From contig JBNRSN020000006.1 in NCBI GenBank assembly GCA_051313645.2, positions 48,794,001 to 48,858,000 on the forward strand: DNA of 64,000 bases, written 5' to 3'. Of this stretch, positions 45,166 through 57,448 are shown piece by piece; position 1 is the stretch's first letter, and the number at the start of each line of letters is the position of its first letter. The position numbers and the translations under genes are program-made. The notes below the pieces were generated by a model. It worked only from the letters and a program-made list of their open reading frames with translations, made no database searches and was not told the DNA's origin. Source of the stretch: Centroscyllium fabricii (lineage: Eukaryota).

Positions 45166-48100
45166 ATGGAGAGCGGTGCAGTAAAGCCAGAAAAGCTGGA
45201 TATCAGTCCACAGGACCCTGCCGCCGCCACCACGTTCGAACACTGGTTCGGTCTCCTGGAGGCCTATATGGACGCCGCCAAGGCTACAACCGACGGGAAC
45301 AAGCTACAGGTTCTCCGGTCCAGGATCTCCAGCCGAGTATTCTCCCTCATCCGAGACGCCAAAACCTACCCAGGGGCAGTGGAAAAGCTGAGGAAATGCT
45401 ACGAGCGCCCGGTCCATTCGGTCTACGCCAGACATGTGCTCGCGACCAGACCACAACTACCGGATGAGACTAATGAACAATTTGAGCAAGCGCTCCAGGC
45501 CCTGGTACGGGTCTGTGGCTGCCAAGCCCGGACAGCAGAAGAGGAGGCGAACCTCCTCGTCCGAGACGCGTATGTAACTGGACTAAGGTGCGTGGAGGCC
45601 CGCCAGCGGCTGCTCGAAAAAGACACTTTGTCCCTTGAAGACGCGATTGCTATATCTAACTCAGTGGAAGGAGCGCGCAACAAACTGCAAGCTTACAGCG
45701 GCACAAACCCGCAGGCCTACGACATGTGGGCCGCGCCACAACGGGCCCAGGCCTGGGCAGCACCACAACGGGTCGAGACCCCCGCGATGGCTGCGACAGC
45801 CACAAAAGACAAGCGCTGCTACTTCTGCAGCCAGGGACTGCACCCGAGAGCGAGATGCCCAGCAAGGACCGCGACCTGTGAGAGGTGCGCCAAGAAGGGA
45901 CATTACGCAAAGGCTTACAGATCAGCACCAGCAGCGCCCAACTCCAGGTACAACAACGCAGCCTGTGAAAGCGACAGACCTCAGGTAAGCTGCAATAGCA
46001 GCGCGATCCAGCGACGGTCCGGGGGTAGGAGGAAAGCGCCTCCATCTCCCACCCCGAGGCGGCAAAGGCCGGCCAAGCGCGACCCCCCAACGCCAGCAGC
46101 AGACCCAATGCGGCCGGCTGCGTGCGAATCACGGGCACCGCCAACCCGACCACCGCGGCTCGCTGCGTGCGAACCACGGGCACCGCCAACCCAGCCACCG
46201 CGGCCCGCTGCGTGCGAACCACGGGCGCCGCCAAACCAGTCACCGCGGCCCGCTGCGTGCGAACCACGGGTGCCGCCAGCGCGCTCACAGCGGTCAGCCG
46301 CGTGCGAACCACGGGCACCGCCATCTCGCCCCCAGCGGCCCACCATGTGCGACCCCTCGGCGCCGCCATTTTGTCCCCAGGGCCCCACCATGTGCGAGCC
46401 AGGGGCGCCGCCATTTTGTCTACAGGGCCCCACCATGTGCGAGCCAGGGGCGCCGCCATTTTGTATGCAGCCCCAACCAGCAGGGGGCCCACACACACAA
46501 AAGCACACGGCTGCTTCAGCTATACCCAGAGTGGACCAGGACAGGCCACACACCCTGTCTAACTCAATAATGCCCATCAAAATAAACGGCCATACTACTA
46601 ATTGCCTATTTGACACTGGAAGCACGGAGAGCTTGGTGCACCCCGATACAGTGCAGCGCTGCGGACTGCAGATCCTGCCCACAAACTACCAAGTCTCCCT
46701 AGCTTCAAAGTCCCACACCGCGGACGTCACCGGCTACTGCTCCGTCACGCTCACAGTCAAGGGGTGCGTGTACCGTAATTTTAAATTGTACACGCTCCAG
46801 CAGTTGTGTGCCCCAGCCTTACTAGGTCTGGATTTCCAGTGCCACCTCAAGAGCGTGACAATGGAGTTCGGCGGGACCTTGCCCGCCCTCACCGTCAGTA
46901 GCCGGGACAGTCCCTTCCCAAAGCGGAGCCCGGCCTGCGGCCTCTCCACCCTGAAAATCGACCCCCCCTCACTGTTCGCCAACCTCGACCCCAAGTGCAA
47001 ACCTATTGCTACCAAGAGTCGGCGGTACAGTGTGGGGGATCGCACGTTTATCAGGTCGGAGGTCGGGCGTATGCTGAAGGAGGGGATAATTGAAGCCAGC
47101 ACCAGCCCCTGGCGCACCCAGGTTGTAGTGGTAAAGTCTGGCGAGAAACAACGGCTGGTGATCGATTACAGCCAGACCATCAACCGCTACACCGGGCTCG
47201 ACGTCTACCCCCTTCCCCGCATCTCGGAAATGGTCAACCAGATCGGCCAGTACAAGGTGTTCTCCACGATCGACCTTAAGTCAGCGTATCACCAACTCCC
47301 GATCTGGAAAGCCGACCGACCCTACACCGCCTTCGAGGCGAACGGTCGGCTCTACCACTTCCTCCGGGTCCCCTTCGGCGTGACCAACGGAGTGTCAGTG
47401 TTCCAGCGGGAGATGGACCGCATGGTTGACCAGAACGGGTTGCAGGCCACCTTCCCCTACCTGGACAACGTGACCATCTGCGGCCACGACCAGCAGGACC
47501 ACGATGCCAATCTGGCCAAATTTCTCGACACGGCGGATAAGCTGGACCTCACGTATAACAAAGACAAATGTGTCTTTAATACAGACCGGCTCGCCATCCT
47601 CGGATATGTGGTGGAGAACGGGGTCCTCGGCCCCGACCCACAGCGTATGCGACCCCTTCAAGAACTGCCCCTACCTCACAACCCTAAAGCCTTGAGGAGA
47701 TGCCTAGGATTTTTCTCCTATTACGCACAATGGGTCCCACAGTTCGCGGACAAGGCTAGACCACTCCTCAAGACTGCCGTTTTCCCCCTTTCGGTAGAAG
47801 CCCAAACGGCATTCGCCCGGATAAAGGAAGACATCATCAAGGCGACCATGCTCGCTGTTGATGAATCCATTCCCTTCCAGGTGGAGAGCGACGCTTCGGA
47901 CTTCGCCCTTGCTGCCACCCTGAATCAGGCAGGCAGGCCCGTAGCGTTTTTCTCCCGCACCCTACAGGGACCCGAAACTCGCCACTCAGCAGTGGAAAAG
48001 GAGGCCCAGGCCATCGTGGAGGCCGTGCGCTATTGGCGTCATTACCTGGCCGGTAAGCGTTTTACCCTGGCGTTTATGTTTAATAATAAACAAAAGGGTA

Positions 48101-49450
48101 AGATCAAGAATGATAAGATCCTGCGGTGGCGGATCGAACTCTCGACTTACGAGTATGACATTCTTTACCGACCAGGCAAACTCAATGAACCCCCGGACGC
48201 ACTGTCCAGGGGAACGTGCGCCAGTGCCCAGCTAGACCGGCTGAAGGACCTCCATGACCGCCTTTGCCACCCGGTGTCACCAGACTCGCCCACTTCGTCA
48301 GATCCCGTAGCCTCCCCTACTCCATCACGGAGATCAAGGCTATGACCCGAGAGTGCCCTGTCTGCGCCGAGTGCAAACCCCAATTTTTCCGGCCAGACAC
48401 GGTGCACCTCATCAAGGCCACCCGCCCCTTTGAACGTCTCAGCGTGGACTTCAAAGGCCCCCTCCCACCACCGACCGCAACTCATACTTCCTCACGGTCG
48501 TAGATGAGTTCTCCCGCTTCCCCTTCGCCTTCCCCTGCGCAGATATGACGAGCGCAACGGTGATAAAACACTTCATCACGCTGTTCGCCATTTTCGGTCT
48601 CCCCAGCAACATCCATAGCGACCGGGGGTCATCGTTCATGAGCGATGAACTGCGTCAGTTTCTGCTCCAGAAAGGGGTTGCCACGAGCAGAACGACCAGT
48701 TATAACCCCCGGGGGAACGGCCAGGTAGAAAGGGAGAATGGGATCATCTGGAAGGCGGTCACCCTGGCTCTGAAGTCCAGAGGCCTTCCAGTGGCCCATT
48801 GGCAGGCAGTCCTCCCAGACGCGCTGCACTCTATACGCTCTCTCCTATGTACGGCCACTAACGCAACTCCTCATGATTTGATTTTTGCTTTTCCCAGGAA
48901 GTCAACTTCGGGGACAGCTCTTCCTCCATGGCTGACGACACCGGGGCCGGTCTTCCTTAGAAGACACGTCCGAGGCCACAAGACTGACCCCCTGGTGGAC
49001 AAGGTGCAGCTCCTGCATGCGAACCCGCAATACGCATTCGTGCAGTTCCCGGACGGGCGTGAGGACACCGTATCCATCAGGGACCTGGCGCCCGCAGGAA
49101 GCACCGCAGAGCCCCGGGTCGGTCAGCAGGCCGCTCAGCTACAGTACCCAGAACACCCCCTACACCTACAATGGCCTCCGAGTTTCCCAGAGCCCCAGCA
49201 GTGGCCAACCCAGGACCACCACTCCGATAGCTCGGACCAGCGGAGACCATCACCACCTGAAACCATGGCACCAGGGCAACTGTCGCCACCAGCGGACTCG
49301 AACAGCACGGACCAGGAGGGATCATCACCGGAACTCCGGCGGTCCTCCAGGCTGGCACGACCACAGGATAGGCTGATATTGAACTGCTCGGTCCATTCAC
49401 CCCCCACGGACTTAAAATTTTCAAGAAGGGGTGAATGTGGTTCCCCATAA
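45166..49450 (+). CDS. G2 single-frame gag-PR-RT-RNaseH (45166-48345) with integrase frameshifted near 48270 and 48470
   Basis: 1059-aa ORF with CYFC..H..C, LFDTGS, YLDN, VESDASD. Integrase pieces LSVDFKGP, HSDRGSSF, NGQVER. Confidence 0.9.
46111..46470 (+). repeat. In-frame 45-bp (15-aa) tandem repeat x8 between gag and protease
   Basis: RPAACEPRAPP... x5 grading into GPTMCEPGAPPFC.. x3. Confidence 0.92.
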
Positions 49451-49754
49451 TGTTATGTATACCACTGCATTCTTGTTACCAATAATTGGCTGTGTATATG
49501 TGATACACAGCCCTGTAATACTGTCGGGAGCCAGGTCAGCCACACCTCTAACTCCTCCCCCAGGTGAGGCCTTTATAGGTGGAGACTGACTGAGGCTCCC
49601 TCATTCCTGCTTAGATGTTCGTTCGGAGGGTAGCTCCTAAGTAAGTGATTAAAAGCCTATAGTTACGGTAACTACTCGTTGAGTCTTTTAATCTGAAGAT
49701 ATTGACGATATGTCAATCCCGCACCATTACCTCTGGAGTCCCCTGACGCTCAGA

Positions 49755-51110
49755 GGTTGTTTCCCCTGGCTGGCGAGTCGAGAACTAGGGGGCATTGTCT
49801 CAGGATAAGGGGTCAGCCATTTAAGACCGAGATGAGGAGGAATGCCTTCACTCAGAGGGTTGTGAATCTTTGGAATTCTCTGCCCCAGAGGGCTGTGCAT
49901 GCTGTGTCTTTGGGGGATAAATTCGGTGGCTTGCGCCTGCCGTTAGTGCCCTAAGAGGGCGCTAATGGGGCGCAAGGCACTTAGCGCCTGGGCGCGCGCC
50001 TCCCGCGATATTCAGTGGGGCGCTGACGTGGGCTGTAGCCGGTAGCGCCCCACTGAATATTAGACACTGTTCGCCGCCGGGGATGACGTCATAAGAGTGC
50101 GCAGCGACCATCTCGCACCCAAGGGATCCAAATTGAGTAGTGCCTGCTGACTTTCGGGCGGACGCTGCCCTCGACAGCTTCAACCTGTCGTTACTGCAGC
50201 GGGGGAGCGCTGCTTATTGGGGAGGGTGCAGGGCGGCCATTTTTTGTTGCTGGCCGACTGCCAGCACCGTCCCCCTCTGCCGGCCCCGGCCTCCCCCGCT
50301 GCCCCCCCGCGGTGTTCTGCCGCTGCTCACTGAGCCCGGCACTTCCCTCGAGTACCACTCTCGCCACTGATTCAGAAAGTTGTGGATTCAAGTCTCCCTC
50401 CAGCACCTGGGCTCATAATCTAGGCTGACACTTCAGTGCAGTGCTGCTGCATTATCAGAGATGCTACCCTCCAGGTGAAACTTTGAACTGAGGTCTCATC
50501 TTCCTGTTCTAAAGATTCAGATGGACGTAACAACAACTTGCATTTATATAGTGCCGCTGAATTGAGGGTTTCGACGGTTAGGGGGCTGCCTCACAGGCCG
50601 GCACTTCCCTCGAGTGCCGGGCTCCTTCAGCGTTATGGCGTCCCACGGCGGCCCTGCGGGGCTCCGGCCAAAACCGCGCTAGGCCCCTCCCCTTTAATCG
50701 GGGAGGAAGGCCTGCAGTACCGCGGCGCGGCACTCCTTGCAGCGTGTCGCTTTCGCCGGAACTCCGGCTGTAGCGCCTAAAGAACGAGGTCGGGCGCCTG
50801 TAGTAGCGCCCGACCTCCGACTATGGGCGCTACAACCGAATATCAGCGGTAACGGCGCCAGCGGCAGGCAGGCGCTAAAAGTAGCGCTGCGCCGAGGTTA
50901 CCGCCAATAAACCTGCGCGACCGAATTTATCCCCCTTTGAGTATATTCAAAGCTGAGATCGATTGATTTTTGCACTCCAGGGGAATCAAGGGATCTGGAG
51001 ATTGGACAGGAAAGTGGAGTTGAGGTCAATGATCAGCCATGATCTTATTGAATGGCGGAGCAGGCTCGAGGAGCCGGATGACCTACTCCTGCTCCTATTT
51101 CTTATGTTCT
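49755..51110 (+). mobile_element. CR1 3' fragment split by a Harbinger MITE
   Basis: FPLAGESRTRGH...LWNSLP, resumes at 50939 and ends in cttatgttct. Confidence 0.85.
49912..50935. mobile_element. Harbinger-type MITE with an internal 244-bp insertion
   Basis: Perfect TIR GGGGGATAAATTCGGT, TSD TTT/TTT. Confidence 0.9.
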
Positions 51111-52416
51111 AAGGATCTGTCCTTGTCCTGCTCCTATTTCTCAATTCCTGGTCCAGAGTTAAAATTTTCATCCTTGTGTTTAAATCCCTCCATGTCCTCG
51201 CCCATCCCTATTTCTGTAACCTCCTCTAGCCCTCCAACCCTCCAAAGCCTCTGCACTCCTCCAATTCTGACCTCTTATGCATCCCTGATTTTGTTTGCCC
51301 CTCCATTGGTGGCCGTGCCTTCAGCTGTCTAGGCCCTAAGCTCTGGAATTTACTCCCTAAATCTCTTCACCTCTCAATCTCTATCATTTCCTTTAAGATG
51401 CTCCTTACAACTTTTCTCTTTTCTGTCCTAATATTTCATGTGGCTCGGTGTCAAATTTTGTTTGATAAAACTTCTGTGAAGCACCTTTGAATGTTTCACT
51501 ACATTATAGTTCAAGTTCAAGTTCAAATTTTATCGTCACATGACTCCAAGGATTCGTGAGTTCGGAAGGTTTCAGGATATCGGGACGTCGCCGGTCCGTG
51601 AGGCAGCCCCCTAACCATCGAAACCCTAGATTCAGCGGCACTATATAAATGCAAGTTGTTGTTACGTCCATCTGAATCTTTAGACCAGGAAGATGAGACC
51701 ACTGGGCTATTGGGAGAGACAAACTATGGTTTGACTTATTATTCACTCACTTTTTACAGTTGTGATTTTTTCCAACCCTACATTAGCCTGGTGTATCCAT
51801 AGTCTGCTGACAAGAGTGTGGGCAATCATTCCTAGAAATTTTGCAGGTTTTACATTCTAGACTAACCCTTCTGGCATTATTTAATTCTTTAATCCCAGAT
51901 GTTGTGCAATTTCCCAGCACTATTGAGTGAAATATAAAGCCTCACCCCACCGGATATGATTATAACTTTTGACAGATAAGAGTTGTACTTACTCAGATCA
52001 TAAAGGTGAGATTACAACCATATTTCCTCTATTTATTGTTCTTCATCTTCCCGCTCTTCATAAAATATGTTTGTGGTGTCCTGTAAGCTGTATTAACAGT
52101 GGCACAGTGACAGTAACAAGGCAAAACCATACTGAAATTGGCCTCTTCTGTGAGAACCATGCAGCTCATTAAATCTGCCATTTTTGTTTTGAAAGACCCA
52201 TTGATATTTATAATGTAATGACATATCTGCCATCTTAAATAATAAATTGTTACCAACGGGGGTGAAATTGACCTTTGGTGGTGACGCAAAATGAGCGATA
52301 GCGAGCTCGTTTACAACCTGACAGATTTTCTTTATCATTGACTTTAAGAAAATTGATCATGGTGTATAAATGGCTACCCATTTTCTGGTACCGTCGAAGA
52401 CTTCTTTCACCCCCTG

Positions 52417-53548
52417 GGTGTGTGTGTTGTGTGTGTGTGTGTAGTGCGTTGTATGTGTGTGTGTGTGTGTGTGTAGTATGTGTGTGTGTAGTGTGTTGTA
52501 TGTGTGTGTGTAGTGTGTTGTATGTGTGTGTTGTATGTGTGTGTGTAGTGTGTTGTATGTGTGTGTGTTGTATGTTGTGTGTGTTGTATGTTGTATGTGT
52601 GTGTGCTGTATGTTGTATGTGTGTGTATAGTGTGTTGTGTGTGTGTTGTATGTTGTATGTGTGTATAGTGTGTTGTATGCGAGTGTGTTGTATGTTGTAT
52701 GTGTGTGTGTTGTATGTGTGTATAGTGTGTTGTGTATGTTGTGTGTGTTGTATGTTGTATGTGTGTGTAGTGTGTTGTATGTGTGTGTAGTGTGTTGTGT
52801 GTGTAGTGTGTTGTATGTGTGTTGTATGTTGTATGTGTGTGTAGTGTGTTGTGTGTGTTTTATGTGTGTAGTGTGTTGTATGTGTGTGTTGTATGTTGTA
52901 TGTGTGTAGTGTGGTGTGTGTGTGTGTGGTATGGTGCGTGTGTTGTGTGGTGTATGTTGTATGTGTGTTGGATGTGTGTGTTGTATGTTGCATGTGTGTG
53001 TTGCATGTTGTATGTTGTATGTGTGTAGTGTGTTGTATGTGTGTGTAGTGTGGTGTATGTGTGTGTAGTGTGTTGTATGTATGTGTGTTGTATGTTGCAT
53101 GTGTGTATAGTGTGTTCTGTGTTGTATGTGTAGTGTGTTGTGTGTGTTTTATGTTGCATGTGTGTGTTATATGTGTGTGTGTAGTGTGCTGTAAGTGTGT
53201 GTTGTATGTTGTATGCATGTGTAGTGTGTTGTGTGGGTTGTATGTGCGTGTTGTACGTGTGTGTGTTGTACGTTGTTTGTGTGTATAGTGTGTTGTATGT
53301 GTGTGTNNNNNNNNNNNNNNNNNNNNNNNNNNNNNNNNNNNNNNNNNNNNNNNNNNNNNNNNNNNNNNNNNNNNNNNNNNNNNNNNNNNNNNNNNNNNNN
53401 NNNNNNNNNNNNNNNNNNNNNNNNNNNNNNNNNNNNNGTTGTATGTGCGTGTTGTATGTGTGTGTGTTGTATGTTGTATGTGTGTGTGTAGTGTGTTGTG
53501 TGTGTGTGTGTTGTATGTTGTATGTGTGCGAGTAGTGTGTGTGTTGTA
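52417..53548. repeat. TG-rich low-complexity minisatellite spanning an assembly gap (N run ~53307-53437)
   Basis: (tgtg)n / tgttgta / tgtag units. Confidence 0.95.
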
Positions 53549-56278
53549 CCAACATAAATAATGTCTAATGGAGGCAGAAATGATGGGAATTCAGATGCCT
53601 TCCCCTATCCATCTCATTTTTATGTTTTGCAGGCAGACTTAGGAACTGTCCCATTCCACCCAGAGTGGAAATTTCTTCGGACTGAAAATGGGCATTACCC
53701 CAGCATAAATGACTGAAATCCAACCCTCAGAATGGAGATGTGCCTGCATTGTGCCCTTATCCCGCCAAACAGCTTGTAGATTTTCACTTCAACTGCCTCT
53801 GAGCCACGTAGAACAGGAACGCACCAGGTTCCCTGATCTACGCTGAGGTAGCTGACCTCACCTGTGGCACTGGTGAAAGCACGGCATTTGGCCGCGGTGC
53901 TCTTGGTTAAGGAAATGGAGGATCGGTGAAGGTTCCTGCTCCTGCTCATTTTCCAGCGGACCACCGTTGGAGATGACGTGTGGGCGGTAGGCGAGGACAG
54001 GGCTCATCAGGTGCTCACCGCCACACTCAGACAACCTGCCGGCACACAGTGCCAAGACTTAACCTTGAGTAACAGCCACTCGGACAGGGGACTGGAGGGC
54101 AACTGCCATTTGTGGAGCTGCGCGCCTCCAAATGAGTCAGTGCCCTTAGGACCTAATAACCGAAGAGAATATTAGAAAAGAAATTAAAGGAATGAAAAAA
54201 ATGTTGAAAGTGAAGGTGGAGGTTGTACTGATGGCCCAGTGGATAAATGAATCGTGTGTTCAGGAAGGTCCCGGACTCCAGGATTGATATTTGGTTTCTG
54301 CTGAAGTAGCTGAATCCTGGGTCCACAACCAGAGTTCCCACAGTCAATCACGGTCCAGTGAGTCCTCTTGGAAATTGTACATCTGTGATATTAGTGAAGA
54401 CAGAATCAGAATGTAATGATATTAGTGGATCTGTTTGATTCACGTGGGTGTTATGTGATCTTGGGTGATGGAGGGAAGAGTCTTTGATTGAGGTTGAAGT
54501 CCGCTTCATTGATTGAACATAAGAACATAAGAAATAGGAGCAGGAGTAGGTCAATCGGCCCTTCGAGCCCGCCCCGCCATTCAATAAGATCACGGCTGAT
54601 CTGATCCTAACAACCAACCTACTATCACAGAAGCATCTCCTGCATCTAACAGAATTAGACACATGAAATAGGAGCAGGATCAGGCTACACGGTCCCTGGG
54701 CCTGCTCCACTACCCACAGGGCCATGACCGATCTGAACCTAGACTCATGTCCAAAGTCCTGCCCGCTCCCCGTAACCCTTAATCCCTTTTACTACTAGGA
54801 ACCTGTCTATTTCTGTTTTAAATTTATGTAATGATGTAGCTTCTACAGCTTTTAGGGGCAGCATGTTCCATGGACCTACTATCCTCTGAGTGAAGTAGTT
54901 TCTCCTCATCTCAGTTTTGAAAGAGAAGCCCCTTATTCTAAGTTTATGCCCCCTAGTTCTAGTTTCACCCATCATTGGGAACATCTTCCCCGCATCCACC
55001 CGATCCAACCCCTTCACAATCTTATATGTTTCAATAAGATCTCCCCTCATTCTTCTGAACTCCAATGAGTAGAGTCCCAATCTACTCAACCTCTCCTAAT
55101 ATTTTCAACCCCTCATCCCTGCGATTAGCCGAGTGAACCTTCTTTGTACTGACTCGAGAGCGAGTATGTCCTTTCTTAAGTATGGACACCAAAACTGTAT
55201 GCAGTATTCCAGGTGCGGTCTCACCAATACCTTGTACAACTGAAGCAATACCTCCCTATTTTTACATTCTATCCCTCTAGCAATGAAAGCCAACATTCCA
55301 TTGGCCTTCTTAATCACTTGCTGCACCTGCATACTAACCTTTTGAGTTTCGTGCACCAGGACCCCCAGACCCCTTTGTACTACAGTACTTTCCAGTTTCT
55401 TGCCATTAAGATAATAATCCGCTCTACGATTTTTCCTGCCAAAGTGCATAACCTCACACTTTCCAGTATTGCACTCCATCTGCCAAATCTCTGCCCACTG
55501 ACTTAGCCTGTCCATGTCCCCTTGCAGGTTCTTTATGTCCTCCTCATTCACCACTTTCCCTCCCATCTTAGTATCATCTGCAAACTTTGATTAGTTACAT
55601 TCGGTCCCCTCCTCCGAATCGTTAATATAAATTGTAAAGAGTTGGGGACCCAGCACTGACCCCTGCGGAACACCACTAGTTACCGATTGCCAATCTGAGA
55701 ATGACTCATTTATCCCAACTCTCTGCCTTCTGTTAGATAGCCAATCCTCTATCCATGCCAGAATATTACCCCCAATTCTGTGATTTTTTATTTTAAGCAA
55801 TAATCTTTTGTGTGGCACCTTGTCAAATGCCTTTTGAAAGTCTAAATACACTACGTCCACTGGTTCCCCTTTATCGACCCTATATGTTACTTCCTCAAAG
55901 AACTCCAACAAATTTGTCAAACAAGACTTCCCCTTCATAAAACCATGCTGACTTTGTCCTATTAAATTAAGTTTATCCAAATGTCCTGTTACTGCCTCCT
56001 TAATAATGGACTCCAAAGTTTTACCCACGACAGATGTTAGGCTAACCGGTCTATAATTTCCAGCCTTCTGTCTACTGCCTTTTTTAAATAAGAATGTTAC
56101 ATTCGCAGTTTTCCAGTCTGCCGGGACCTTTGCTGAGTCCAGGGAGTTTTGGAAAATTATTACTAATGCATCCACTATGCAGACCGCCACTTCCCTCAAG
56201 ACCCTAGGATGTAAGCCATCAGGTCCAGGTGATTTATTCACCTTGAGCCCTATTAATTTACCGAGTACCACTTCCTAA

Positions 56279-56876
56279 AGGCCCTGTCACACCTAGACGT
56301 TTTAGCCAGCGTATGCAAATTTGGCTAAAACGCTGAACTTTTGACTTTTTTTCAGTTTTGGGCGTATAATAGCGTATTCATAACGTATGCATAACGTATT
56401 AGTAACGTACACAGGACGTATCGATAACTTACAGATAACTTATACCAACGAATGCTTAGCGTGTTGTCGGCATTCTCAACTTATGCCCAACGATAGTCTA
56501 ACGTATGCATAGCGCGTGGCAGCGTATCGCCGACGTTTTAGATAAATGTTGATACGTTGGCATACGAAATCGTCAAGGTGTGACAGGGCATGACAGGGGC
56601 ACAGGTAAGGTGTGTTCAACGATCGCCTAACGTGCCTACAACGTATGGCCAGCGTATGCGGAACGTGTGAATCAAACGCTAGATACGTCGAGATTTTTTG
56701 TGCATGCTCAAAAATTCTCGACTTACTCGAAGTACAACGACGTATGCAACGTATGCCCAGCGTATGCCAGCGTTCTCATAACGTATGCATAATGTACCCA
56801 TAACGTATCCGACGTAACCCAGCGTTTTAGCCAAATTTGCATAGGCTGGCTAAAACGTCTAGGTGTGACAGGGCCT
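56279..56876 (-). mobile_element. Young CpG-rich Harbinger-type MITE, copy 2 (inverted relative to 31573-32148)
   Basis: Same TIR and body in reverse orientation, flanks TAA/TTA. Confidence 0.9.
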
Positions 56877-57448
56877 TTAGTGATTTTGAGCGTGTTTAGC
56901 TCCTCCCCCCCTATAGACCTCTGTTTGTCCAGTGTTGGGATATTCTTAGTGTCCTCTACTGTAAAGACTGATACAAAATATTCAGTGTTTTTGCCATCTC
57001 CATATTTCCCACCATTAATTTCCCGGTCTCATCCTCTAGGGGACCAATATTTACTTTAGCCACCCTTTTTCTTTTTATATAACTATAGAAACTCTTACTG
57101 TCTGTTTTTATATTTTTTGCCAATTTACTTTCAGAATCTATCTTCCCTTTCTTAATCAATCTTTTTGTTGTTTTTTGCTGTCTTTTAAAGTTTTCCCAAT
57201 CCTCTAGCCTCCCAGCAGATTTGGCTACCTTATATGCCCTTGTTTTCTGTCGAATACTATCCTTAATTTCTTTGCTTAGCCACAGATGGCTGTCTTTTCT
57301 TCTACACCCTTTTCTTCTCAGTGGAATATATTTTTCTTGGAAGTTGTAAAGTAACTCCTTAAATGTATACCACTGATCATGTATTGTCTTACCCTTTAAT
57401 CTGTTTTCCCAATCCACTCTAATCAATTACTCTCTCACACCTACATAG

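Larger units (their letters stand above)
44862..49715 (+). mobile_element. Ty3/Gypsy LTR retrotransposon without a tRNA PBS (element G2)
   Basis: 280-bp LTRs 44862-45141 and 49436-49715 (3 differences seen), TSD ATCCC, PPT aagaaggggtgaa. Confidence 0.95.

Noticed and set aside
52250-53561. Long His/Thr- and Cys/Val-rich ORFs
   Set aside because: Translations of a TG minisatellite spanning an N gap.
53695-54520. Possible host exons on the minus strand
   Set aside because: No recognisable protein similarity or consistent exon chain; cannot be supported from sequence alone.
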